Notes under the pieces: generated by a model
Told to the model about the DNA's origin: nothing
The model's database searches: none
Seen by the model: only the letters and a program-made list of their open reading frames with translations
Program-made: the position numbers and the translations under genes
DNA from: Moniliella sp. 'wahieum'
Taxonomy: Eukaryota
Assembly (NCBI GenBank): GCA_003971905.1
Contig: RSEE01000034.1
Span: 124,001 to 188,000, forward strand
Length of the DNA stretch: 64,000 nt
Reading direction: 5' to 3'
In this document: positions 49,450-60,137 of the stretch, piece by piece
Layout of the letters: each line of letters starts with the position of its first letter
How positions within the stretch are numbered: the stretch's first letter is position 1

Positions 49450-51695
49450 TCACGCTTCCCGCGCACGCTTTTGCTCCGTGCCGTCGTCACCAGCCACAGC
49501 AGCCGAGTCGCGTGCGCGCTTGCCCTTGGCCGGGCCCGGTGTCATGCGCGCCGCCGTAGCTGGCCCCCAATTTGGTAGTGGGTTCTCCTGGTACCGTACG
49601 ATCCGGCTCCTCTTCGGCCCTACCTTGCGGTGGAAGTGTTCGCCCGATGCAGTCACTTGTCCTCCCGTTTCGTCCGTCGTGGCCGCCACCGGTTCGGCCC
49701 CAGGCATTTGCGGAAGCAAAATCCGGTCTGCATCCGGGTGGGGCGAAAGGTTCCATTCCCGCTCGATGGGCTTGGACGAGAGAACAAAGGCCGGTGCCTG
49801 CTCATTCTGTGCCTTGACCCGCTTGCTCATTTCGATCGTCCGACCCACCAGCGGTTCTTCATTAAGTTCCTTCTCTGTTTCCTCTTTTCCCGTCTCAGGA
49901 GACGACAGCAGCAGCAGCAGCGGCTTCCTTGTCCTGCTGCCGGCGGAGCCAGTAACGGTAAATGTCCTGCACCGCCGAGAAAGGGGCGGTAGTCTTCATC
50001 GAACCAGGTAGGCAGTGGGAGCGGCTGACCTCGTACCCGGCATGCAGTAGCGCGTGCACAAAGATGGGCAGAGGTGCCGAGGTACCATGAAAAGCGCGCG
50101 AAACTTGGGCAGAAGTAAAGTAGAACAAGCTTCGCTCAGAAGAGGTGGAGAAAAACCCATTCGCATCGGTCTCCTCTCCGGGGCGGGAGGCGGGGACGGA
50201 AGGCAGCTTGGTCTCGACCGTCGCAGTCCGAGGATCGGGCTGGTGAGCATTGCCCAGCTCCTCAACCGCAGTGGAGACCATGCCAATAATTCGGGGTGCT
50301 GTGCGGTAGTTACTTTCTTCCTTTTGAACCAGCTCCAGAAGCCGCGTGCAGAAACCAACGTCATGCAAAGGCCCCGACCAGTACGGCCCTGCCATGAGGA
50401 AGCTCCCCCACACAGGTCACACTGGGACCCCACCGGAGGCCGGCGGTGGAAAACTTGATCTGTGCCTGCCCATTCTTGGCCGGTGGGCCTTGGCGCACAC
50501 GGGCCATGGGCATATGTGCCGTGTTGGAACAGCTCTGGCAGGTCCAGGAGAGAGCGGATTGGCTAGCAAGGTGCTTGGTCTCCTGAACACTACTGTACAC
50601 TCGTACAAATACGCGCACGTAAAAGTCAATCGAAAGAGATAGGACTGGCTGGATCACGCGCCCATAGCGAGCTGCATTGGTCGCAATCGCATGCAGCAGC
50701 AAACGCAGCGCAAGCTCATGACTGTGCTCGGCACGGAGGTTCATACCTCCATAAAGCGTGAACGACTTTTCAGGGTATTGTCCCCCAGCCAGCACAGCCA
50801 AGTCAGTGCACGTCACGCACAGCAACCCCCCATCGGCCACGGCTTGGACTGTGGCATCCAGGAACATGGATGCACTCCCGTATGGATCGAGATCGATCAC
50901 GTCAAACCGACCCATATCGTTGGTACGATGGGCATACATGACGCTCAGCGCATCCCCTTCGTTGATGCGAATCTTGCTGCTGCCGTTGACGCTGGCTTCA
51001 GCCGGGCCAGATGGGCTGGGAGCGTCAGTAGAAGCAGCATTCCCTTCCTCCGTTTTGCGCGTAGACTCGTCGGCTGGTTCAGGGAAGTTGAGCGCCACAT
51101 TCCTGCGCATCGCCGTGATGGCGGAAGCAGAAATGTCATTGGCCAAAATCCATTTGATGGTGTCAATCTCTTTGGCGTAACGGATGCTGCGCAGGCCCGT
51201 GGCGGCCAATGCCTCAAGCACAGTGAAGCGCTGGACAGGTAGTTGTGGAGGTCCAGAGGCAGAAGCTGCCGCGGCCTCAGAGGGGTCGGTAGTGGTGGTG
51301 TTGGAAGTGTCCGCAACAGGGGGTTGACGGGCCTTGCGCTTGGCAGCCTTGCGCTCGCTCGCAGCTTGTTTCTGGACCCACGCCAGGTGTCGGCGGTGCT
51401 GGCGTTCGGCCTGCATATCCGCTTGCCAGGTGCGGATCGCACAGATAGACAAGTCGCGATTGAACTCCTGGACCGGATTGAGGAATGCAGCCGCTGAAGG
51501 TCCCTGGCCGCCGGGGACGATAATGCCACTGCCTTCGGGGGCTTTTGCTAGCTGGGTGTTGTCGACAGGTGCGGCAGGGGTGGCGAAGAGAACGAAGGCC
51601 TTACCCTCGCGATAAGCAACCTCGTTGGGGTCAATCGTCACGCCGAGCTGCTCCGCCATCTCGGCGGGGGTAAGCATCTTTGGGCCGGGCGCCAT
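49450..51695 (-). CDS. TRM1: tRNA (guanine26-N2)-dimethyltransferase; apparent frameshifts near 50420 and 49900-50000
   Basis: FLNPVQEFNRDLS, LEALAATGLRSIRYAKE, FDVIDLDPYGS, GGLLCVTCTDLAVL, SLSIDFYVRVFVRV, GPYWSGPLHD, GYEVSRSHC and YQENP.PNWGP. Confidence 0.93.
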
Positions 51696-51910
51696 GTTGG
51701 GCAGGTGGGAGGTGGAGCAGAGCGATGTGAGTTTTTCGTACCATTGAAAAAGAAAAAAAAGCCTAGGCGGAAAGAGCGGCCGGCCCGGCCAACTTTCTTC
51801 CGCCGGAGTTACTTACCTACGCATTGCTATTTGCGCTGCAGTCAAAACATCTGTCCCACACGCGCTTCATCAGCTCCGTCCCCATTGCTGGTTGTGCCAC
51901 CGCCCCGAGG

Positions 51911-52983
51911 ATGTGGCCCTTCTCATCTTCTCCGGCCTCCTCGGGAAGCAACTCGTCGGGAGAAGTTTCGTCGCCACCTCCATCTGCCACTTCTGAGCCA
52001 AACAAGGGTCCAGAACCCCCCCCACTGCGACGACAGTGGTGCGAACCAGTTCGCTCCGGGCTCCACCACCTGGTGAAGATGGGCAGCGCAAACCGCACAT
52101 CATCAGCCCGGATGGCACAGTCAACTTCTCGGCTAATGCGCCGATGCGCATCGTGAAGGCGACTGCCCTGACCTGTTTCGCGGTGGCGAGCTTCACAGGG
52201 CTGTGGGGCGTGTACCGGCTCAAGCCGCGCCCGGTCGTGCTGGCTCGCCAGTCGCTGATGGGGTCCGCACCGCTCGTGTTCTCCTACTTTGCTATACGCG
52301 AGTACGGAATCACGCCTCTCTTGTCGGGAGAAGGTTGGGAAGAAGAGCGCAGCTTCTCCCGCTTCCAAGCTGAACGGCCCAAAATGTCCAGTTTGGTCTT
52401 CGACTCATTCCTCGCTGGCCAGCTGACCGCAATGGGCGCTGCTGTCATGGCCAAACGCCCTCCCCTGCCCACGCACATTGCATTCGCCATTGTGGCGCCT
52501 GCTGGGCAACTGTTGGCGAATGGGGTGCGTTTGCTGCTGTGGCGCCAGTCGCGCACGCCAAAGGCGGGGGGATCGGACGATGGCACCCCTTTCCAGGGAT
52601 ACTATACCATGTTCCGCAACCAGCTCATTCTTCCCCCCTTGGAGGTGGATCCCGAATTAAGAAAGAAAAGGATGGCAGAAGAAGGTGTGGATCCGGATGC
52701 CACGCCATCGTACCTTTTGCCGGCACCCAAATACGAGCCAAGGCCTGACGAAAAGACCCTATCGCTCTGGAGGAAGATTGCGTCGAGCGAGCACAACCCT
52801 TTCTTCCGGCGAAGGACCGACGAGGAGGTGCATGACACGCTGCGGACTGAGCTACAACAACTGCACGAACAACAGCAGCTGAAGAAAGCTCGCGAACAGT
52901 TGGAGGAGCGCAAAGCGTACATTGCGGAGCGGCGACCCGCACCGCAAGAGCCGCAATCCGTAACTGTGCCGCGTCTTATCTGA
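51911..52983 (+). CDS. Hypothetical multi-pass membrane protein with C-terminal coiled coil
   Basis: 315-aa ORF with several hydrophobic segments. Probable start MWPFSSS at 51911, joined by a shift in the C run at ~52020. Confidence 0.6.
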
Positions 52984-54049
52984 AGTCAGCGGGAAGAACA
53001 TGCCTACACTGAGTGCACACCAACACATTGAGTATGGAGTAGTGAGCATAGAGCACAGCGCGTTTGATCCGTAACCGCATGCCAGGAAAATGGGAGCAAC
53101 GCAGGCAACGGCGGCGGGCTTCTCGGGAGCAGCCGAGAACGCAAGTCAGGCAGCTAGAAGTGCGATCCACATTGAGTGGTTCCGCTGCTTCTGGGCGGTC
53201 AGCTGTGTTGCACCGAATCCGTTTGAGGATTATTTTTTGACGCATGTCCTGCTGTGTTCATCTCAAGATCTCAAGAGAACTGAGAATGTCAGTGCTGGCA
53301 TATCTACATGGAAACCGTCAGTGCGTGAGTGCTGATGAGCTGCCGTGGATGCAAGGAAGACCAGCCCCAGCGGCCGCCGGCACACCGATGCGCAAACGGT
53401 GCGAGGACCGATTGGCGACTGGCGGTAACCGGTAACCGGGAATCGAGATAGCACAGGTAACCCTATGGCAACTACCCACTGCGTGCGTGTGATGGATGTG
53501 GCAGCGGGAGCAGCCAAGATAAGATTACGCCATCGCATACACTGCCCCCCAGCCTCAGCAGCGCAGGCCTACACTTCGCCGTGCTAGCTCTGCTCCCTCG
53601 TATACTGTCGCAGGCCCCGGGCAGAGTTGGCGTGCTTGCGCTTCCTGCGCATCTGTTACCCGTCGGATGTCACTCGTCACTGGTCACTCCGTGGGCAGGC
53701 TGAAGGAAAGAATAGTACGCAAGCGACCCCTCCATCTCGCCGTGTACAGCCAGATATCGCACTCGTACGCAGAGCCACGCACTCAACGCCCACAGCACCA
53801 TTTACGCAGCCACAGCCATCACATACTGCCCCAGCACGCCAGCATCCCTCCCTAGCAGGATGGTAGTGCCCCTGGCCAGCGCTTTTCCCGTCGAAAAGCT
53901 CGCACAACAGCGTCCCTCACACAGACATAATCGCCGTGTAGCACTGGCCCCACCCCCCAGAGTGTTGGCCATACATAAACCGTCCAATCCGCCATCCGAG
54001 AGCCACATCTTCTCTCCCACCACACTCCCCATCGCTCCTCCTCTTTGCC

Positions 54050-55461
54050 ATGGCTCCCGTCGCTGTTGCATCGCACCCTGTTGACGCGCCTTCCACGGCA
54101 GCTGCAACCAAGAAGTCGGTCATTCCCGACTACATTGCACCCGTGCCTGCTCCCAACGCACCCCGCCCTTCGGAGGCGGACCGGGAGGCCCACGCCAAGT
54201 ACGCCGACACCCAGGCACCCGAACCTAACCTGAACGACTTGCTGCCCGAATCGCGGGCCGCCTACCATGCCGAAATTGAGCGGCTGAGCGGCATTGCCAA
54301 CAAGAAGCCACCCCTGGACCTGGATGTCGTAGCAGACGACTACAAGTACAAATGGGCGCTCCCTTGGTTTGATGAGCGGTACAAGCACAAGCTCTTCAAG
54401 GACCCCCACCTTGAGCCCCTGGAACAGTACGTTCACTGTCCCTTATTCTTGACCCCGCTCTGTGATGGATTTTCTAACTGTTATTGTCCTCCAGCATTGA
54501 TGTTGGCCACCGCGCCTTGCAGCATGCCAACCCGCGTTCTTTCCTCGACAATGCCGAGGTGGACGACTTGACCCCTCGGTTGGGTTCGAGTGTCAAAGGA
54601 GTTGACTTGACCAAGCTCACCACCGACGAGCTGGACGAGGTGGCGCTGTATGTTGCCGAGCGGGGAGTGGTCGTGTTCCACGGGAACCAGGAATTTATTG
54701 ACCAAGGTCCGGAGGAGCTCAAGCGGTTCGGTCAGCACTTTAGCCCCCGCCTCCATGCGCACCAAGTCAGTGGTCAGCCCAAGGGCCACAATGAATTCCA
54801 CCTGGTCTACAAGAGCCCTGGGATTGAGGTCAACAACTACGAGCACACGCAGGACTTTGTGCCGAGCGTGTGGCATTCGGATGTGTCCTTTGAGGCCAAC
54901 CCACCTGGCATCACCTTCCTCTTCCTCTTTGACACGCCAGACACTGGCGGCGACACACTGTTTGCCGACCAGCGCGAGCAACTCCGTCGCCTCTCGCCGG
55001 CGTACCGTGCCTTCATCGAGACGCTTTACGCAGAGCACTCGGGCTTTGAGCAGAGCCAAGTTTCTGAAGCAGCAGGCAAGGCTGTAGTCAAGCGCCCGCC
55101 CGTCGCCCACATTCATCCTGTTGTCCGCACCCATCCAGTGACTGGCGAACGGTGCTTGTTTGTCAACGAGGGGTTCACCACCCGCATCCCGTCTCTCAAG
55201 AAAGAAGAGAGCGACTCGGTGCTCAAGACTCTGTTCAAGTTGAACGCGGATGCGGTCGATGCCCAGGTTCGCGTGCGCTGGGGCCCTGGCGCCGTGGTGG
55301 CGTGGGACAACCGCATCACCAACCACACCCCGGTCGCCGACACGCGGGCTCAGGATCGCCGTCACGGTGCTCGGATCACCCCGGCAGCGGAACGCCCGTT
55401 CCATTCGGACATCGGTGTCTCTGTGACGGACGACCGGGACCTGCACCGCATCCAGGTTTGA
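54050..55461 (+). CDS. TauD/TfdA-family Fe(II)/2-oxoglutarate dioxygenase (JLP1-like sulfonate dioxygenase); one intron
   Basis: DLTPRLGS.V.GVDL, VAERGVVVF, WHSDVSFE (HxD), GGDTLF, HPVVRTHPVTG and WDNRITNH. Intron 54427-54494. Confidence 0.93.
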
Positions 55462-55680
55462 TCTCTTTCTCTTCTGTTGATTGACTGTTCTTTTCGATGG
55501 AGGTCCTTACAGGGCCGATTATGTTGCCATTCCTCATCATCTCGTTCATGTTCTTCCCCCTTTTCCTCGTTGATTTCTTCCCTCTCCGTACAGATCCATT
55601 CAGTTTTTCCATTGTTTCCTTCTCTAGAGATGGTTATAATGGGGAGTGCACACAGGTTGAGGTCTGAGGCTAGAGTACCA

Positions 55681-56403
55681 TTAGAGTTTGCTTGGCGCTT
55701 GAGCCCCCGGAAGGTCACTGACATAGCCAGCCGGAGACTTGAAATGGGTTGAATTGTCGATCTTGGTGGTGTTGCCGGAACAGACTTGTTTGCCGCGCGG
55801 ACGATCAGGGCCGTGGGGGAGCATGAACAAGGTCACGCGACAGACAGCAGCGGGGTGCGACCAATGCTTTCGACTGCCGTCTCAGCCTCGATCCAGGAGT
55901 TGATCGGTACCGCCGACAGATAAGACGTGGTGAGAGACACGTTGATCCCCATTGTGGACCAGGGATCACCGAGCTTACCAGAGGAGTGCAGCAGCACGGG
56001 AACTCCGGATAGATACTCGACCAAGCCAGCACACGCGGCCCCTGTGTGGTACCACCCGAAGGCAAGTGGAGCGAGGAACTGAATCAGTGACTGTGGGCCC
56101 AGAAGAGGTATATACTTCTCGGCGTTGAGAGCATATTATAGGGGAGAAAAGAGTGAACCCATACGTACCATGAAGTGTACCTAGCGAGTTCCCTTGTTCC
56201 GGACCCACTTTGAACTGGAGCGTGGCCTGGCCCCGACCTTGTGCGTCGTACCCCAGGCTGGTTAGCTTACCACCGGGCTGGAGTAAACGGGCGCCAAAGT
56301 ACGGACTGTCTTGGACGCTGTCCAAGGCCTGGGTGAGCATCGTCCTAGCCTGCTCCAGGGGCATAGGCTGAGGGGCGTTTGGTATGCGTTTGATGCTGCC
56401 CAT
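55681..56403 (-). CDS. PaaI/hotdog-fold acyl-CoA thioesterase (ACOT13-like) with C-terminal SKL
   Basis: QGNSLGTLHG, MGINVSLTTSYLSAVP..SWIE.E...ESIGRT, and ...GNTTKIDN...APSKL*. One intron plus frameshifts. Confidence 0.8.
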
Positions 56404-56914
56404 GTGAATGTAGTCGTCCTGAATGGTTAGGCTGACGGTTTTTGCCAATCTGGACGCTTGAGCAGCTGTCCGAGCGAGTAGGTGGCGAGAAGAGGAATGT
56501 GGTGGTTTTGAGGTTCGATGTTGAGAGGGTTGAAGCCTAAGTTCTAAGAGGGATGCGGCTCGATGTGGTCCCCTGTCTTCCTCGGTCTCTTTCATCCACC
56601 GTCACATGTTATTGTGAGTGCCAGAGTGATATAGTGATAGTTTATTTTTTGGTTCCTAGCCGGCCTAGCGGGGCTAGCGTCTAGGGCCTATCATTCTCGA
56701 ATATCAAGTACACATCCCTTTAGCCACTCGTGCTTGAAGTGAACCCCCGCCGTTAGACGGACTGTAACTCGCTGCCAGCCCCCACCGGTTGCATCAGTAT
56801 CATGCATCATTAGCTCTCGCAAAGCCACTATAACATTACGGGGAAGTGCTGTCGGATGCTTTTCTCCTTTTTAGCTCCACGGGGCTTCGCAGCCTTCGTA
56901 GGTGATGACTAGGT

Positions 56915-57270
56915 GACTTCAAGCTTCAGTACTCGCTGCCTCTCGCTTGAAGCTTCAAGCTTCAAGCCTCGCTGCAGGCTTGAGCTCAAGCTCAAGCTTC
57001 AAGGGAAGCTTCAGCAAGCTCTTCAAGCCTCAAGTTCTCAAGCTTCAAGCTTCAAGCTTCATCATGCATCATCGAACATCGATCATCCGGTGCCCTACCG
57101 TGCTTCACACCGTGAACAACTCTTCCCGCCTGCATCTGAGGATGGACGTGGTGGACGATGGTCGATGGACAATGGTCGATGGACGATGGTCGATGGTGAC
57201 CGGTGACCGGCGACGTGGGACGCGTGACGCGGGACGCAGTGTCACATGTCAGGAACTAGGAACTAGCGGC
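56915..57270. repeat. Dense cluster of heptamer/palindromic tandem repeats (CTTSAAG, GATGGWC, GGTGACC, GGAACTA)
   Basis: 56946-56966 CTTGAAG-CTTCAAG-CTTCAAG; 57043-57056; 57141-57195; 57195-57208. Confidence 0.9.
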
Positions 57271-57590
57271 TGACGCAGGCGGGGTGTGATGCGTGTGATG
57301 TGGGGCATGTTGGCCATGGGCTAGTGGATGGATATGAGTGCACGTGGTGCATCCGCCTGCAGTTTCAATGTTCAATCCAGTGGTGAAATGTAAGATCCCA
57401 CCGACGGCTGCCAGCCGCTGGCGTGGCGCTTAGGGTGGCAATAAGCGGGACGCGCCCTGAAGCGCACAGACCGCCCTGTCCCGTGCGTCTTGCACGTCCA
57501 CGACGCTACTACTGTCCTATACAGTCGTCCCAACAACCCCGACCTCAATCGACCGCATCGGCCACCACATTTGCCCCCATCAACCCCACC

Positions 57591-59330
57591 ATGGGGCCTC
57601 TTCTCTCTCTCCTTTCCCCCCTCACACGCCATTCCAGACCCCTTCCCCCAGGGAGAAACGAAGAGCCTGACGCGCCTGGGGGTTCCGCCACTGCCACCAC
57701 CGCCGCCCCCCCTGTCGAGCCGAACGAGCCGCCATCACCCCGGGCACTGGGACGTTACCAGCGCCATGCCCTTCTCTTGTGCGCCGGCTCGTATGCGGTC
57801 GACAACATGTGGCTTCAAGGCATTGCTGCGGCCTGCCGCGTGTAGCCGACGAGTGGTCGTTGAGCCCTGCCCAGGTCGCTTCCCTCTCCTCCGTCACATT
57901 CAGCGGCATGATGCTCGGTGCCTTTGGATGGGGTCTCTGTTAGCGTCTCCCCCCCTCATTGCTTGTCCTGCCCTTGCTTACTAGGTCTTCTGCCAGATTC
58001 CGATGCCCGAGGACGTGTGGCTGCGTGGACGGGGGCGCTACTATTCGCTTCCGCCGGTGGCTTGGTCTGCACCGTCGCACCCTCCTTTCCGCTCCTGTGT
58101 TTCGCTGCGTTGTGCGCCGGCACTGGTGGGGGGCAGCTTGCCCGTATCTGGCACCTTGGCCATGGAGACCATCCGAATCGAGGAGAGCGCAGAGCAGGAC
58201 CAGGACCAGGACCAAAGTGTACGCGCTTCGCTCCTGCCCGGACTGAGTGCTGCATTTGGTGTGGGAGGTGTCTTGGCTGCTCTGGTGGCAGCGGCCGTGT
58301 TGCCCCCATTTAGTTGCACCAGCGACTCTTCCCTAACGACGCGCCTTGCCTGCGAACGAACAACTGGGGATGGCGTATCCTCTTGGGTGTTCTGGCTGGC
58401 CTGGTATGTCCCCGCCTCATCCCGGCTGGCTAGTTACGATGGAAGTGCTAACCTGCTCTATGCTACAGGCCGGGATTCTTGCTTTGACACGATGGCTGGG
58501 TTTGCCGCTGTATGAACCCCCGGTAGCCCTTGCATCGTGGGAGATATTCGGAGGCAGCTCGGGTGCACACGGCCATTTTGGCGTACAATGCCGCCCACCT
58601 CCCAGAGGGGGCTGACCCACGTCGAATGCAATGGGAAGAGAGGACCACCATCCCTGCCTCTTCTCCCTCTGATCCACCTTTACCGCTCCTTGCCACCCTC
58701 ACTTCCGCCTTACAGCAACTGATCGCACCAGATTGGCGCCGACTTACCCTGCTCTTGTGCAGCGTCCACGCGCTGATCAACATGGGGTTACCTCGTTCAA
58801 TGTGTTTCTTCCTGCTCTTCTTGAGGTGCTACAGCACACCGTTTCCTCCTCTCCCGCTCGCGAGCCCAGCAGTACACGACCCTCCTCGCGCGAACTACGT
58901 GCGACGTTGTTGGGATGGCTCGTGGCGTCCGTGGGCGCGATTGTGGGGAGCTTTGTTGGTGCCAGGGCGGCCGGAGACCGACGATGGGGTCGAGTGGGAA
59001 CGCTCGTGCTGTCCTGCTGGGTCGCCGCACTGAGCATGGCCGTGACGGCACTGGGCGTGGTCCGGTGGTAGCGAGTACCGTGGCCAGTCTGGCCTCGGCC
59101 GCGGCCTACGCTGCCCTCTACAGCTACACTGCCGAGGTCTATCCAGCCTCGATGCGCGGCGTCGGCGGTGGACTGGCCATGGCGGCCAGTCGTGCTGCAG
59201 GCATCGTGGCGCCCGTGATGGCAGGAGCGTTGGGCCCAAGCAGGGCGGTCTGACCCCTGCTCCACTTTACTTGGCCGCGAGCGTTTTGCTGCTTTGTGCT
59301 GTGGCCCGGTGCCTGCTTTGCCATATGAAA
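57591..59330 (+). CDS. MFS transporter (SV2/SVOP-like), many frameshifts; gene with errors or pseudogene
   Basis: GRYQ...LLCAGSYAVDNMWLQ, FSGMMLGAFGWG..SDARGR, GGSLPV.G.L..E and YAALYSYTAEVYPASMRG.GGG. Confidence 0.75.
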
Positions 59331-59580
59331 CGCTGCCTCAGGCCGCGCGCAGCCCCGACGAGGGACCCCAACAAGGTGCCTACCGCACCTTGCCCCAAGA
59401 CCCAGCCGATGCGCAACCTTAACCTGGTTACCTACCAGCTACACGCCATCCGTCCACGTTATACATGTTTCCATCTGTGTTCCCATCAGCGACGTCGGGA
59501 CACTGCTCAAGGTAACATGGCAGACGAGGTGAGGGCGACCGATTGAGCATGCTTTCATATCCTGGATTCTCGGGGGGCAC

Positions 59581-60137
59581 TTAGAGACCCAAAAATGACT
59601 TGAGAGGCTCAAAACCCAAGTTCAACTGGGTGGTAGAATGTGCGTGTCAGTACTCTCGTCCGCACACCCTCCGCAGTATAGGGAACACAAACGTACATTG
59701 TACAGGCCAGCAAGGACCGTGATGGCCACTGTGCCCAGGGCACCAATGCCGCGTCCAAAGCCATCGGCGCCGGGAGTCAAGATACCAAAGTTGGCCTGGA
59801 GGACGCGGAGACCGAAAAGGGTAGCGTAGGCACCGTGCACCAGCGCCGTCGGCGCACCGTTGAGTTCAGCCAGGAAGATGAAGCCAAAAGCGAGCGGGGT
59901 GTTCTCCACAAAGTTGGCGTGCGCACGCACGGCCTTAATCAGCGCCAGCTTGTCCTCGGTAGTGTTGGTTTCGTTGCCGCCATGCTTGATCGAGTCGGCC
60001 TCGTTGCCCTGGCCCTCACCAATGTAGTAGCCAGTCTTGACGCGCTGGCCAATGACCTTGACGGTGAGGTAGGAGTAGTAGCCTGCAAAGAGGGCCGAGT
60101 GGGCGAGGGAGGCGGGGGAGAGGACGAAGAGGGGCAT
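59581..60137 (-). CDS. MAPEG family membrane protein; one intron
   Basis: VRAHANFVENTPL...LAELNGA....H...L...RV. Intron 59696-59626 then LNLGFEPLKSFLGL*. Confidence 0.88.

Noticed and set aside
56745..56790. tRNA-Tyr-like GACTGTAA loop
   Set aside because: No T-arm (GTTCRA) or acceptor stem could be formed.
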